Source of the DNA: Setoptus koraiensis
Lineage: Eukaryota > Animalia > Arthropoda
Reading direction: 5' to 3'
Assembly (NCBI GenBank): GCA_048013815.1
Contig: CM106585.1
Coordinates: forward strand, 16,492,001-16,556,000
Length of the DNA: 64,000 bases
A program made the position numbers and the translations under genes. The notes beneath the pieces were generated by a model. That model was not told the origin of the DNA and did no database searches. It worked only from the letters and a program-made list of their open reading frames with translations. Each line of letters begins with the position of its first letter. Position 1 is the first letter of the stretch. This document shows positions 1-14,190 of the stretch, one piece after another.

Positions 1-1514
1 GGTGTGACGAGTGGCGGCGCTCTATATTGAGCTGCGCCAAAAATCACTTGCGATTTGCATAATCTATCGCATGCGCTCGATTGTCGTCGGCCGTGTCGCC
101 GGCGTGTCGTTGCCCGTGTCGCCGGCGTGTCGTTGCGCTGCGATCGGGGCGCAGAGCGATGGGCCGAGCCGGGATAATTGCGCGCACGGGTAGTTGCGTC
201 GACGGCCGACAGGGCTGGCCAGCGACGCAACCTTGGTGCCGCCGCCGGGGGGGGGCGGGGGGCGTTCGCCGGGCTTGCAGTTGCGGCTCGCGGGCGACAT
301 TTGCATAAAAGGCCAACAACGAGCGACTATAGGAGCGCCACTGCGAAGGTTCCCACCGCGGCCGACAGCCAGCAGCAAGCGGCTGAAATGTGCCTCTGAC
401 ATGTGTCTTGCATGTGTGTCAAAAACTGATGCCAAATGAGCCTGTCACCCGGGTGACAAATAGCGACAACAAGTGCGCCCTGCCGGCCCGACAAGCGACT
501 TGTCGAGAAAACTTGTTTGTTTGTTTGTGCGCCCGGCTTGCGTTGCGGGCCAGCCAACTACTGACAACTATTGCACAAGTGCGCAATTGCGTCAACAGTG
601 ACATTTGTCTTGTCGTTGTTGCTGCTGTCGCTGTCGCTGCTGTCGTTGTCGTCGTCGTCGTCGTCGTTGTTGCCGTCGGTGTTGCTGCTGTCGTTGTCGT
701 TGCTGTCGTTGTCGCTGCTGTGGCGTCATTGTTGCGGTGGCGCTGTCAAGCGTCTGGCACAAGCTCACACGAAACGCTTGCTGAAATTTGCCTTATGTAA
801 GACTGCCAAAGGTTGAGACCTCTGCCGTTGCGGCTTGTGGCTGCTCGGCAGAGCCCGGCGCTTGTTTGCGGCCCAGTCGGCCGACTCGAATAACCTGTCA
901 CTGGCTGCTGCTCACAATGGCGGCTCCGATGGTGAGCTCAGCCAGCGCGCCGGCGGCCCGTACCGAGATAATCATGATTGGCAGTTGAATGCAAGTTGTG
1001 CGCTGTGGTGCAAAAAGTTGTTGGCTTGTCGTCGCAACAACCGTGGCTATAGGCTGACTGTATCGCGTATTATGCGCACAGACCGACAGGCCAACTCGAC
1101 TTGGCGCTGTTCTCGTTCTTGTTCTTGTCGCTCTCGCAGCCCGACAGTCGACACAACCGACACACACACACACACAATTACAAACACACAGATATAAATA
1201 TCGCCATGTCGGAAAAAATAAATGATGTTAATGTCTGGCGACGGGCAAGGTTGGCAGCGAGTTGCCACTGGCAATTGCCGACCCGATCGCCGTCTAGCCG
1301 GCAAGCGGCCACACAAACCACAGCCCGTCGCCGCGAATTCCTGCCGAGACGCAGTCGTTCGTTGGCTCGCCGACAGGCAGCCGGCCGACAGGCGAAATCG
1401 CAACAAATGGGCAAGTTGTTCGGCGCCGCCGAGCAAGCACGGCCTATACGCACGGCGAGCTTGCCAAGCGGCCTATATCGGCTGTATCGTTGGCGATAGC
1501 TGGCAGTCGGCAAG

Positions 1515-1566
1515 CGTCCAAGTCGGCGATCGTCCAAGTCGGCGATCGTCCAAGTCGGCGATCGTC
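1515..1566 (+). repeat. 16-bp tandem repeat x3 (cgtccaagtcggcgat)
   Basis: Read directly from the sequence. Confidence 0.9.
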
Positions 1567-1949
1567 GCAGTATCCATGCGTGGATACCGCGATGCAAATT
1601 CATGTTTGCCGGCCCTGCTCACAGAATCTGTGACACAGATCGATGGGCACAATTTGACGAGTCGACAGACGCAACGGCGACGCCGAATAGCCGACAAATG
1701 CGACAGAGGCCAGATTCTCGATTTGGGGGCGCGTCTCGGCGCGACTGACCGGCGAGCGACATTGTCGACGGCGGCGCTCGCCCGATCGGGCCAACTCTGG
1801 GCCCAGGCGGCCGCCGAGAGGCAAGAGTCCCGCGTCAAGGCGAAAGAAGCGCTCCAAGAGGGGAAATTTCGGCCCGTCGGGGCATGCAAATGCGTGTGAG
1901 CTTGTGTCAAAAGTGTCTCATTGCGGCTCGATGGGCATCTCGCCGGTCT

Positions 1950-1981
1950 CTCAATGGATTACCGCGCGGTAATCCATTGAG
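1950..1981. promoter_or_regulatory. Perfect 32-bp palindrome containing two inverted K50-homeodomain sites (GGATTA/TAATCC)
   Basis: The sequence is ctcaatggattaccgc|gcggtaatccattgag. The palindrome is seen directly; a regulatory role is inferred. Confidence 0.45.
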
Positions 1982-2701
1982 CCCGGCTGAATGTGCCCTG
2001 TGTGATAGCGTAAAAACGGCGATCAATGAGCGAAATCTGGTCGCATTAATAAGCTAATATTGGATAATACGATAATAAGACGACAGCGAGCACGGGGTTA
2101 AGTTGATTTCAATGAGCTGCCGAGCTGGCAGTTGAATGGCTTCAAAAGTCAACTTGTGTGAATGAACAGATAAATGGCCGCTGTGTCAGTTCGGTTCAGT
2201 TTGGTCAGTTAGTCTGATTAGCGCGATGATTTGAATTATTTCATTTGTAAGTGGCCACACACACCGATACAAACAAATACTTGCTAAGTAGCTGCTCTAA
2301 TTTTAATTCTGTTTCGCCCGACTGGCTAACTAAATATAAATATGCCCGCTTGTCAGCCAAAGTCGGCCAATGCAGCCACTGCGGCCGGTTAAATATAGCC
2401 TGTGTGCGCGACAAGAAAAGAAACAAACAAATAGATTATAGATTGTGTGTAGATTATGATGGCTTACGAGTTGCGACTTGAGAATTAAAACTTATTGCGG
2501 ATTGTGTGTGTGTGTGTGTGTCTGCAAACTTGTCATTATCGCCACCAGTGGTTTTGTGCGCAAAATGCTTAATTGAATCACCGTGTTGCCAGCGCAAACA
2601 CTGTGCGAGGGCAAAACAAAATCAGATCAGATCAGACCAGCTCAGACCAGATAAAACCAGATGAGCCGGATTTGGAGCGAGTGGATTCGCTCGCCCGCTC
2701 G

Positions 2702-2751
2702 CATTGATTTCGCCGGCTCCCATTGATTTCGCTCACTCGCATTGATTTCGC
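2702..2751 (+). repeat. cattgatttcgc core x3 at 19-bp period
   Basis: Cores lie at 2702, 2721 and 2740. Confidence 0.85.
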
Positions 2752-5700
2752 TCGCATTCGGCTTCATTTGCGCCATTTGAGCGACGCGCTGCGCGCACGA
2801 TTCGCCCGATATTGGGCACTTTTCAATGTTTTAGCCGTTCAACTTTTTCGCTTTTTCCCCTTTTCACTTTGCCACCGGCCACCGGCAACACGCCCGAACA
2901 GCGCCCAAAGCGCGGCCCGGGCGCGATTCGCCGGCGCGCGGAGCCAAATAATGCCCAACATTGCCAAGAGGGTGTCCCGCAACGCCCGAAAACGCCCACC
3001 AATGCCCGGCGCGGTGCGGGACATCGTTTGGCAATATTGGCACGGTTATCGCCAGCAGTGCGTTCTCGGCGGCCCTGTTATCGCGAGAACGCACACACTG
3101 GCGACTCAATGACAACAAGCGGCAAATCCGGCGATTATCTCTATTATCCAGTTTTACATGATTATAGCGCGATTATCCCTCTTTATCCGGCTAAACCGTT
3201 TAGCACTGGCCGCGGTGCGCGACCGGTGCCCGCTAAGCTCGCTTGGGCGCCGCCCGGCGAGCATCGGTTACAATTGTTGCTCGCTGGCGCTTGCTGTTGT
3301 GCTGCGGGATTGTCACAGGGCGCGCCATTGCCGCACCACGAGGCGCTCAAACTGTTCGAGTCGACAGGCGGGCAAGGGTTGTTCGCGGGCAAGCCGCACA
3401 GCGCGCACGCTGGTGGCATCGGGCCAATCGGGCCGATTTGGCCAATTTGGCCAGTTTGGCCAATTTGGCACCTTCGAGGCACCGACTGACCACCGAGCGA
3501 TAATCTGTCTGTTTGTTTAAATCGCGGCTTGCGAGCAGAGGTCAAATTGGACACGACCGCGAGTTGTTAACATTGAGACGATTGTCTTCGCCGGGCCAAC
3601 AACAAGTTGTTACAACTGCCGGCCCGCAAACAAGCGGCACCGGCAGCGAGCTGCGGCCCCACAAACGGGCACACAAGCAAACAGTGGCGTGTCCAATCAT
3701 TGAGTAAATGTTTATTGATCGCCGTGCGCGCCGACAACAAATGCCGGCCCGCCGGCCACAAACAAACAACAAACGAGGTACAAATAAATATAGACATAAA
3801 CAAATGGTTGCGACACACAAACGAGGCGGCCCGGTTCGCGGCGCAACCCGGCGACAACTATATCATCGGCGTGCCATCGGGCGCAAACAACCGCTACGTG
3901 TTGCTTCCACACTCTGCAGTCGCGAGGCCGCGCCGGGCCGGTCGGCTGATACCGGCCGACTGAAACCGGTCCACTGAAACCGGTCAGTCCCGATGCGGCA
4001 CCCGCGCGGAATCGCGAATTCCTCTCGAATGCGCCTCGCAAGACTGTGGCCGCGTTGTTTGTTTGTGGCGCTGAGCTCGCACAAATTGGGCCAATGGTGC
4101 CGATTGTGAAGATTGTGAAAATTGTTGGAATTGCGAAAATTGTGAAAATCGCAAGCATTGCGACTGTTGTGAAAATCGCCAGAATAGTGCATTCTAACGA
4201 TTTTCGCGTGGCGTACCTGGCCACTGGCGGCGCTGCTGCGCCGAGAAGAGCAACAGTGGCCGAGTAAACATTGTGCCCGACTGACAAACAATCAACTTGC
4301 CCGGTGGCTCAACTCACCTGGCGGCCCACATCAAAGCGAGCGGCCGCTGACGGCCACTGATTAAGTTGTCGCCCCGATCGCAAATAGCTCGCGATCGGGC
4401 CTATATTTTGTGCGCCGCCGGTCGCCGGCCGCTGACCAGTGCGCGTTTGTGTGTCCGCTGACCATTGTTCGGCCGGTGCCGCGAATTCCTTCTGACCAGC
4501 GCCGGCTCACGACCGGCCAACCGCAGTCGGTTTGTGCGGTTTCGCACGGCCAAAGCGGCCCGCCGCCGCCATACGCCACGAGAAGCAGCGCGAGGCCGCG
4601 AGAAATGTGAGCAAAAATGTCACTTGGATATTTGCTCCAGTTTGTCGGCTCGGCGCGGCCGGCCGACAAGACGAGCGCACCTCGTGGCCAATTTAATCAA
4701 CATTCTTCGCGTGCCCTCTTGAGCGTTGTGCGCCCATGTCTCAATACCGCAAAATACCTCTCGTTTGTTGCTGGTCGCCCGCGCGGTGGCGCCAACTCAA
4801 CTTGCCGGTGGCACCTATACGTGGCTATCCACGGATGAATAGCGCCAAACTGACAGTGGTGCACACTAGCATCACAGAGCGCCCCAAAATGTGCCAACGT
4901 GTCACAACGGGCCGCTTTTTGCCCGGCCGGGCTTTTGACCCGAAATGCCCCGGGAGACGGGCCCAAACGGGGATGTTGATTCAGTTGGCAATGTCACTAG
5001 CTTGTGGCCACTTGCCATGCAGCCGATTATTCGCGGGCCCCATTTTTCAGTCAATTGCCTGCCATATTTGCGGTCCGCATCGGCATATTAGTGGTGCCGA
5101 TAATGACGCCAGTTGTTACGTAACAGATTACACACAGATATGTAGTGCACACATTTATCGCGGCTGGCAAGCAGCGCCGCTTTGGGGGCACCAGCAGCGA
5201 CAGCAGCGCGACTTGTTTTGATAGCTATCGCCAGTGTTGTGTTTATACAAGTGGTTGTTACGTAACCTTGGGCTGTTTGGCCCGTGGTTCTCTCATTATC
5301 CCGTTTCTGGTGGCAGTTTGTTGGTTTGAGCGGCGCAGTTTGAGTCTTGTCGACTAGAGTGCGTGCTTGCAAACTAGTGGCGCCGCTTACGTAACGCGTG
5401 CCCCGTTCCGTGCCGCCATCGCGGAGTAACTGCAACCGGGCCGCCCAATTCCAGCAATTCAACTACACGCCGGCCAACTCTAAATGGCCAATCCGAACAG
5501 CTAATAGGCTCCAATCTAGGCCACGGCTCTGGCGAGCTCTTTGGCGAGCGAAGTGCATTTGGTCAATTAGGTGCGCCCAGCTACAAAGGCATCGAGCACC
5601 AATAAGCCGCTGCGAGCGGCGACCGGCGACCGTCGAGACACATCAGTTCGGGCTTATCTCACATCTAATCTCATTACATCGTCGTCGTGGCTGGCCATTC

Positions 5701-6719
5701 TATTTTGGCGAGACCCGCATTCTATTATGTGCTATTATTGGGCGCCACGCGGATGCCGGCCACTGGCCGCCAGCGACCCGCCACTTGGGCGACCCGCAAC
5801 GAGCGACCCGCTAAGAGAGATCCGCTAAGAGAGACCCGTCACTGGGGCGACCCGCTACGAGAGACCCGCTACGGGCGACCCGCTACGAGAGACCCGCTAC
5901 GGGCGACCCGCGCCCGAAATAGCGACACAACGGAGTAGCGGCTGTTGCGCGCAATATTTGCTGATCATTATTGACAGGCGGTAATTGGATGTTAAGCTCG
6001 CAGCGGCGTTCCGTTTATATCTCGCTCTCTTTATATCGCCCACTAATGTTATCTCTCGTGGCCCTGGCCGGTCGGCTTTGCGCTGGCATTGGCCGCTTGA
6101 GTTGTTGTCGCTGTCGTTGTTGTTGCTGTTGCGAGTTTTGCCGGCCGATTAGTTACATTTAACACACAGTGCGCGACACAGTTACAGTTACGTAACTGCA
6201 ACTGTAACGTTGGGTGTGTTTGAGAATAGATAGCGCCGCTTGTTACGCGCAATGGACGCGCGGCCCGCCAACAGACACAGACAGCGGCCAATAATTGAAA
6301 GTTCACGCTGCCCGTCGTCCGACGCTGGCCTCCGCTGCGCCCGCTGCGGGCCCCCGTTTTCCTTGTTACGCGCAAAGGTGCACCAGAATCGGATTAGTCC
6401 CGAGCTCGTGTGCGTGCCTGTGCGTGTGTGTGTGTGTGTGTGTGTTTGTGTGCCAATTAGGATTTAGAGTAGCGGCGATAAGATGCGAACTGGATGCTAA
6501 GTGACAGTTACACGTGCTCGCCTGTGAACCGTGCTGCGCTCAATATGAGCAGCGAAACACGTGCACGCTTATCAGACACGTGGTAGTGGAGGGATTGTTG
6601 CTCTCTTAAATAGTTTGTGTGTGCGCTTGTTATTGGCGCCGTATACTGTCGCCCGGCCGCTTATTACGCAATAGCAACTTCTATCTTTACATCGGCTAGC
6701 ACGAGTTGTTACTTAACGA

Positions 6720-6746
6720 TACTACTACTACTACTACTACTACTAC

Positions 6747-6781
<35 letters not shown>
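6720..6781 (+). repeat. Compound microsatellite (CTA)n(ATA)n
   Basis: Read directly from the sequence. Confidence 0.95.
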
Positions 6782-7140
6782 GTACCACTATCAATGAGCG
6801 GGCAGCCGCATTAATAGCAGCAGCAGCAGCAACAACAACAACAACAACCACCGACCGACAAACACAAGTGGGCGCGCCGGAAGTCGCCTCTGCGCAAGGC
6901 GCTTATGCAAAAAGTTGTTGCTGTCACCACTAACCCGCCGGCAGCCCGGCTGCTGCTGTCGGCCCGACTCGGCCTATAACGGTCGCGAGGTTGCATTACA
7001 TAACCTCTGCCGAGTTGAGTTGCATGTAACGGTTTATTGAGTGTTGCTGTCGAGTGTATTATTGGTTGGGCACTGGCTGATATATTGGCATGCAATAATG
7101 ATTTCGACTGCATTGATGATGCACACCGAGGGACACCCAC

Positions 7141-7146
7141 GCACAC

Positions 7147-7212
<66 letters not shown>
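7141..7212 (+). repeat. (CA)n microsatellite
   Basis: Read directly from the sequence. Confidence 0.97.
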
Positions 7213-7213
<1 letters not shown>

Positions 7214-7664
7214 AACATGCATAAACACAGCGGATGAAAAGATAAACAACGAGCTGCCCGTAGAGCAGCAAACAATAATAACAACACACAATATGGTGGT
7301 GCGGTCATTACGGGCATCGCCAATGACAGTTGCGAGTTGCATAACAACAAGCACGTCGGGCCTAAGTCACTCCTAATTGACCTGGCTGGTTTTGGGCTTG
7401 GCGGGGGCGTGACCGCCGCGACCCGTCGCCCGATACAATGGGCACATATTCATACCCAGCCATTGTATGACGACGGGTATAAGCGTGACGGCGAGTGCGA
7501 ATGCCGGTTGCCTATTGCTTAAAGCCGCCACACCTGACGGTGGCCGCATTAAGTCGAGCACGACACACACACACACACACTATTATATATCCATTATCCA
7601 GTGGCTTGTAATGATGCAAGATATAGGGCCATCTATCTCTCGCATTATATCCACTGTATATCGC

Positions 7665-7750
7665 ATCCACTGCATATTATATCCGCTGCATATTGTATCC
7701 GCTGCATATTGTATCCGCTGCATATTGTATCCGCTGCATATTGTATCCGC
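7665..7750 (+). repeat. 16-bp minisatellite x5 (atccgctgcatattgt)
   Basis: Units start at 7665 (variant), 7681, 7697, 7713 and 7729. Confidence 0.95.
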
Positions 7751-7982
7751 TAGGGGTCGGCGCGAAGATGAGCGCGAGAGACGGTCCGATGATCCGGCCG
7801 ACAGCCTTATATTTGTGGCGATATTTGTGTGTAAGCCAATGGCGAGCGACCAACAAACAACACCCAATAAACACAGATAAAAAAGCCATTAACTCATGAG
7901 TCACCCGGTTCGCGGCTAGTCGCTGTTGCCGGCGAGCACGCCGGCCACCAACAATAATCGAATCGCGTCCTTGGTTGCGTCA

Positions 7983-8068
7983 GCTTGCGAGCTTTGTCGG
8001 CTCGCGATTTTCGCCGGCTTGCGAGTTTCGCCGGCTTGCGAGTTTCGTCGGCTTGCGAGTTTCGTCGG
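7983..8068 (+). repeat. 17-bp repeat (gcttgcgagtttcgccg) x3 plus degenerate units
   Basis: Units start at 8017, 8034 and 8051. Confidence 0.85.
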
Positions 8069-11000
8069 CGCAGCCAGCATGAGATGAGCATGAGGTGAAC
8101 ACAAGATGGCAGTGGCACAAGTTGTTGTTGTCGCCGTTGTTGTCGCTGTTGTTGCCGCTGTTGTTGCCGCTGTTGTTGTCGCTGTTGTTGCGGCATGCTT
8201 GCGAAATCTCTGGCGCGCTCATCGTCAGTATGCGATTAACTATTGCGAGCTAATGCCTGTGTGTCGTCGAGTTTGCAATGTTGCCACTGCCAATGACAGT
8301 TGTTAGTTGCGCAACCGCCAACAACCAATCGCGAACGCGATAACGCGAAAATAACGCGAGAACGGGAATGCGAACGCGAATCAAAATGACAAACACAATC
8401 AGCGGGCGCAGATAATGAATGGAACGACGGCGCCCGAGGCTAATAATCATAATGATGATACTTAACTCGCTTATGGCTCGCCGTCTGACTCGCTTCTTCT
8501 CTAATGAAGCAAGCTAATTACGCAATCATTCGTTTCATTGATTTAACTCTTGCCTCAGTCGCGGCGGCGGCGGGCCGGCCGGCCGACCGACCGTGTCGCA
8601 GCCATGGAGCTCGCACTCTATTAATCATCACTTTATAGGCCTCTCTTGTGCCTCGTGTGTCGCTTGTGGCGCCGGGCTCGCTCGAACCGCCGCCGCCGCC
8701 CTCGTCGGTACCAACGCGGCCGATGCGGCCGATATAGGTCGCGCCCACTTGACCTCGTTAATGAGCCGTCGATTTTCGGTCGCGCGTTCATGTGGCGCCC
8801 CAATGAGCGCCGCTGCCGCGCACTGAAATAAAACGCTCGGGGTATTAGACTGCGACGGGCGGCACTCGATGACCGATGGTGTCGCGGGGTATTGGAGGCA
8901 TGCGGCGGTTGCGCGCACTGGGTGCGGCAGAATGTGGCAGAATGGTGGCAGCAGGCAGCTAATTTGAATAATAAAACACAGCCATTATGGCTGTGAGTGT
9001 AAATATTGCCGCTTCGGTGTCGTAATTGGCGTGGCTGCAAAACAACTATTGGCATCATATCGCACACAGTGAGAGATTGAGAGTGGCAAACGCTCGTTTC
9101 CTTGGCAGACTGGCAGCCGAAAAAACTTGTCTCGTCGTCGCTGCTGTGTTGGTCGTCGTGGCCGTTGTCGTCGGTGTCGTCGTCGTCGTCGTCGCAGTTG
9201 TCGGTGTCGTCGTCGTCGCAGTTGTTGTTGTTGTCGGTGTCGTTGCTGTTGTTGTTGTCGCTGGCGCACAGGCGAGATCGCGGCCGAGGAGCGGAGTCGA
9301 GTTTCATGTTTCCTCTCGGCGCGCTCTCGACTCGCTCACCCTCTCACCTTGTCGCCCGGCGCCCTCTCACCTTCCCACAGAGCGCGGCGCGGTTTGCACA
9401 CAAGTGGGCACGGGCAGCGCGGTCGGCGCAGTTGGCCGCCATTAAATCGAGACGGCACTAGAAGAGAACTTGTGACGGCCACCGGTCCGCTGGCCGCCCG
9501 ACTGTCGGCCGCCCCATTGTCGGCCGCCCGACTGTCGGCCGGGCCGGAGCGGCAACGAGCGGCGGACGACAACAATTGCGAGCGGCGCGCATCGTCGCCG
9601 GAGACTTGACTATTTTGAATTAGTCAAGTCGCGCTGTGTGTCGCAACGAAAGTCGAGTGAGTGTGGTGACAAGATGCGACAACGCGACAACAATTGAACA
9701 ATCACTCAAAAGTGAATGGGTGCTGCTCATTAAATATTCAACGGCCGCTCGCCGGCGCATTGTCTCACGAGCGCACTTCACAATGGGCTCGTCGTGCATG
9801 TTCTCAATATCGTTATCATTATTGCGTGCGTTGTTGTGTGCGTCCAGCAGCACATGCGACAATGGGATAACGCGAGCATGCGACGACGCGAACATGCGAC
9901 GACGCCACCATTGGGCACAGCGGCGCGGCATCATCGCAACGTCGCGCAACGACGGAATCAATCAAACAGGCCTGTTTGGCCCGTTTGGCAGGCCACTTTA
10001 TGCGATATGGCCCGCAGATCGCATATCATCGCTCACTTGGCGCTATTCGGCCGCGATATGGCCGCGCGCGTATCGCATTAATGCGCGCTGTCAACCGCCG
10101 CCACATCGCCACGCACAGTTTTACTCGTCGTGCAGCGCTCACTCCCATCGCCGCTGACACTGATACAGCGGCAACAACAACGACAGCAACGACAAAAACA
10201 ACAACAACTGCAACGACAACAACAACGACAACAACAACATCGACAGACAGCAGCGACAACAACAACGACGACGGCAGCGACAACGACGACGACGACGACA
10301 AAGCAAACATGCCCAATATCAATTATTCAATGCTCGGCCCCGTTGAATAACAATGGCCGAGGCCCAAATCACGACGCCGCGACACTTGCCGGCCCGTTGT
10401 TGGCGCTGCCGTTGGTGTCGCTGGCGCACTTTATTTGTTGTTTGGCGTCCATTGTTGTTGTTGCTCATTGTTGCTGCTCACTTTTGGCACCACTTTTGGC
10501 TGCTCGCTACGCTGCCCACTGCAAGCGTTGCGGGCCCACTACCGACGTCGCTCTCACTTTGGCCGCCGTTTGCGAAAATCAAAACTGTGTCGCCCCGGCG
10601 TGCTGATTGGATATTTTTACTTTTATTTATTGTTACATCGATCCGGGGCCACTTGGCGCGCGGCACTGGGCGTGCCACAAGGCGGCTCACAGCAACATTG
10701 GCCGCGGTCGTTGCAGCGCCCGCAACAACGGCCAACGGGGCCACCCCAACAGCCCACTGGTAACTCCGGCCCGCGAGAGGCCCACTCGAAGCAACTGTGT
10801 GCGGGCTCATGTGTCGTGTAAGTGGCTCGGTCACAAGTGGCCACAAATCCGGAGATTGGCCATTGCAACATTGTCGACTGGAGCGACACTCTCGAATTCG
10901 GTCACCTGTGCGGCCAACGCGAACCGGCGGACGCCGAAATGGCATGTTTGCCAGGGAGAGAGAGAGAGCGAGAGTGGGAGAGACTTGAGGCCCGGCCACT

Positions 11001-12186
11001 TGAGAGTGTCGGCTCGACGGGCTGGCAGCTCGAGTCAAGTGCGTGCGTCCGGCGTGCGGCTATCAGAGCGTCGGTCCAGCGAGCCGTGCCCGTGCCAGAC
11101 AAACAGACGCCTACGCACCTGAAGCGGCGCCATGATTTCATTCGGCCCGATATAGGTCGCCATTGGGCCGAGCGAAAGGCTCGCAATGAAAGGCGCGCGT
11201 CACCGATTGACCGTAACGAGTTGCTCGCCGGACACTTGCCAGCGCAAAAGAAGTCGCCTTAGGTTTGTGAAGCCTTTGTGTTGTTCTCGCTGTCGCTGGC
11301 CTACCTGAGCAGCAGCGGCCTATAAGTGGCCACGATAGCAGCAACAACAACAGCAACGACAGCAACAACATCAGCAACAGCAACGACAGCAACGACAACA
11401 ATGCAGCAGCACAATCACACGGTGCACTTCACCGTGCCGAGTGCAGCCAGATTCAATCTATTGGATTGCAGACTCGCCTGAATAGACCACTGGCGTTGCT
11501 ATTCTTCGCTGCGAACTCTCGGAATGAGCGCTCCATTTGGCCTCCTTTCTGTCGGCTGTAGGCTGTCGGCGAGCGGCGCTCGATTCGTTTCGCTTGGCGA
11601 GCCACCAATCAATTGGCGGCATGATAGTGGCAAATTTCGCCAATTCGTCAATTCGCCAATGAATAGGCCGATGAATGGGCCGAGCGCCTGACCGACCACG
11701 CTGAATAGGACGGCTCCGTCGGCAGTTGATTAGAATTGATCGATCCGGCCGCGTCGCGTCGCGCTATCTGGCCCTCGCATCTCGAATCGGTGGCGGGCAG
11801 ATGCACAGATTTGGCGGCGCGCAATTCCGAGCAACTTTACGCAATTCCGAGCAACTCTACGCCATTCCGAGCGATTCTCTGCGATAGATGGTCGTGTCGC
11901 GAATCTCGCCAAGAAATCTCGGCTCGGCTCGACGCTAGTGTATACCCGCATATATATGACAGTGAGCCGGTTGAGCGCGTTGGTGCGTGAGGCCGAGCGC
12001 CCAAGCGGCCGTTGCAGCAACCAGCCAGAGCCGCTGCCACATTGGCCGTCGTGTATTCGCCTGTATGTGCCGTCGGCTGTGTTGCGTCATATCTGCTTCA
12101 TAAATCCGTCAGCCAGTGAACTCGACGACGGCTCGACGACGGCTCGATGAAGATAAAGATAAGACACACGCACCGTTGATTGCCTG

Positions 12187-12338
<152 letters not shown>

Positions 12339-13458
12339 GCTGTCCGATTGGCCAACTGGCTGCCTGTCAGCCAGTCACCTGGCCGAGTGGCCAGTTGTTT
12401 ATCGGCGCGAATGCAGCCACTGCCGGTCTGAGCCAGTGTCAGTCCGATCGAATTGAGTGATTCAACCGATCAGCTGACGCACTTCGGACATACTCTGGCA
12501 GCCCGTTTGGCGAGCCAACGGCCGCAAACAATGACAGCGCAACAATGGCCGGCCAGCCATTGGAAAATCGGGCCGGCAAACAATTGCAGCAGCAGCAGCA
12601 CGGCAACACTTGTCGTTCGACCCTCTCCTCTCTGCGTGCCCCGGCATCCATCAATCTGGACACAAATCCGCGTTCAGCGACAATGCGCGCTCGATAGCTG
12701 CGCCGGCCAGATTACAAATCACAACAACAAATTAGCCGATTGGCGCCAGTTGGCGCAGCCCAATTGCAATTAGCTGCGCCGCACCGCGCCGCACGGGACA
12801 TGGCGGCAAGTCCCAAACTGGCGAGCCCAGTTGCCACAACTGCCGGCCAGCCAGCGATCGTGGCGCGGCGTGGGCGGCTCCGGCCTAGAGGGCCTTATAT
12901 AGCGTCGTAATATGCCGTGTATTATGCAACACACTGTGTTTTGTTACGTGAGCATTTCATGGTGATAAGCACACCGACAGCAACACGACCTATGCAATCT
13001 ATACAACCAATTCGGTCAATCTATAGACAGCAGCAATCTACGGACAACAGTTGCGTAACAGAGCGATGCCATGACGCAATCATCTCATGATGGATAGACG
13101 GCCACGCACGCCACACGCTGACGTGAACAGGAGAGGGCTGCATGACAGGCCGATAATAGATATATAACACAACAATATACACATATACGCCATTATTATA
13201 GAGATATCCAATGTTGGATTGCATTGGGCAGTGATGGCCGAGGTGCGAACGCGCGCCCCGAAAAAGAAAAGAAAAGAACGAGAAGAATTTTAATTGTTTG
13301 GCTTGCATGAGTGTGGCGAGCGGCGGCCGGCTAAACAATCAAGCGGCCAATCAAGACATCAGATTGGCGGCCAGACGCATGGGCGCATGATGGAAACTCG
13401 CACAGTGCGATGAGTTGAGTAGTGATGGGACACACAAGCACGAGAGCGGATGAAATAC

Positions 13459-13560
13459 AAAATGAGCCAAAATAACACAAAACAGCGCAAAACAGCACAA
13501 AATAACACGAAATAATACGAAATAACGCAAAATAAAGCGAAATAATGCAAAATAATACCA
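13459..13560 (+). repeat. Degenerate 10-bp repeat (aataacRcRa-like) producing phased A-tracts
   Basis: Ten A3-4 tracts fall at about 10-bp spacing. Confidence 0.85.
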
Positions 13561-14085
13561 AGTGAGCAAAAATAGGGCAAAATGTTCTCGCGCGGCCTAA
13601 TTAACTGAGCCGGCCGGCCGGCCGATCGGTTGTGCGGCTCGGCGCGCCAGACTGGCCGTCGCTAGCATGATTGATCCGTTGTTTGCATGATAGCCATGCC
13701 CACGGCCCATGCCAGTGGCACCTATGGCCCGCAGACACCTGTTAGGGGCTATTCAAGAGCTGGCGAGAGTCCATTACGCGTCTATGTTTTGTTGCAGCCC
13801 ATAACATGAGACAACAACCACAACGTGAACGTGCCAGAGGTGGCGCGGGCAGCTCAATTATCGGCCAATCGATGGCCTAATTAGGCCAATTTGGGCGCTT
13901 GTCGAGTTGATCGAGCTGGCGATTGGCGAAAGGGCACAGCGACGAAAACAACAATGAAATCGTCATCACATAAACTGCACAAACTCGTGACAGGCGTTCG
14001 GCGGGCGCCAAGAGTGGCCAATCGCGTGCAACGGCCACTTGTTGTCCGGCACCGCGGTCCGTCTAAACTGTCCGGTGTCCCGCTC

Positions 14086-14190
14086 GGGCCGTTTGACTGG
14101 TCACTTGGGCAGTTTGACTGGTCGCTTGGGCCGTTTGACTGGTCGCTTGGGCCGTTTGACTGGTCGCTTGGGCCGTTTGACTGGTCGCTT
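14086..14190 (+). repeat. 21-bp minisatellite x5 (gggccgtttgactggtcgctt)
   Basis: Read directly from the sequence. Confidence 0.95.
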
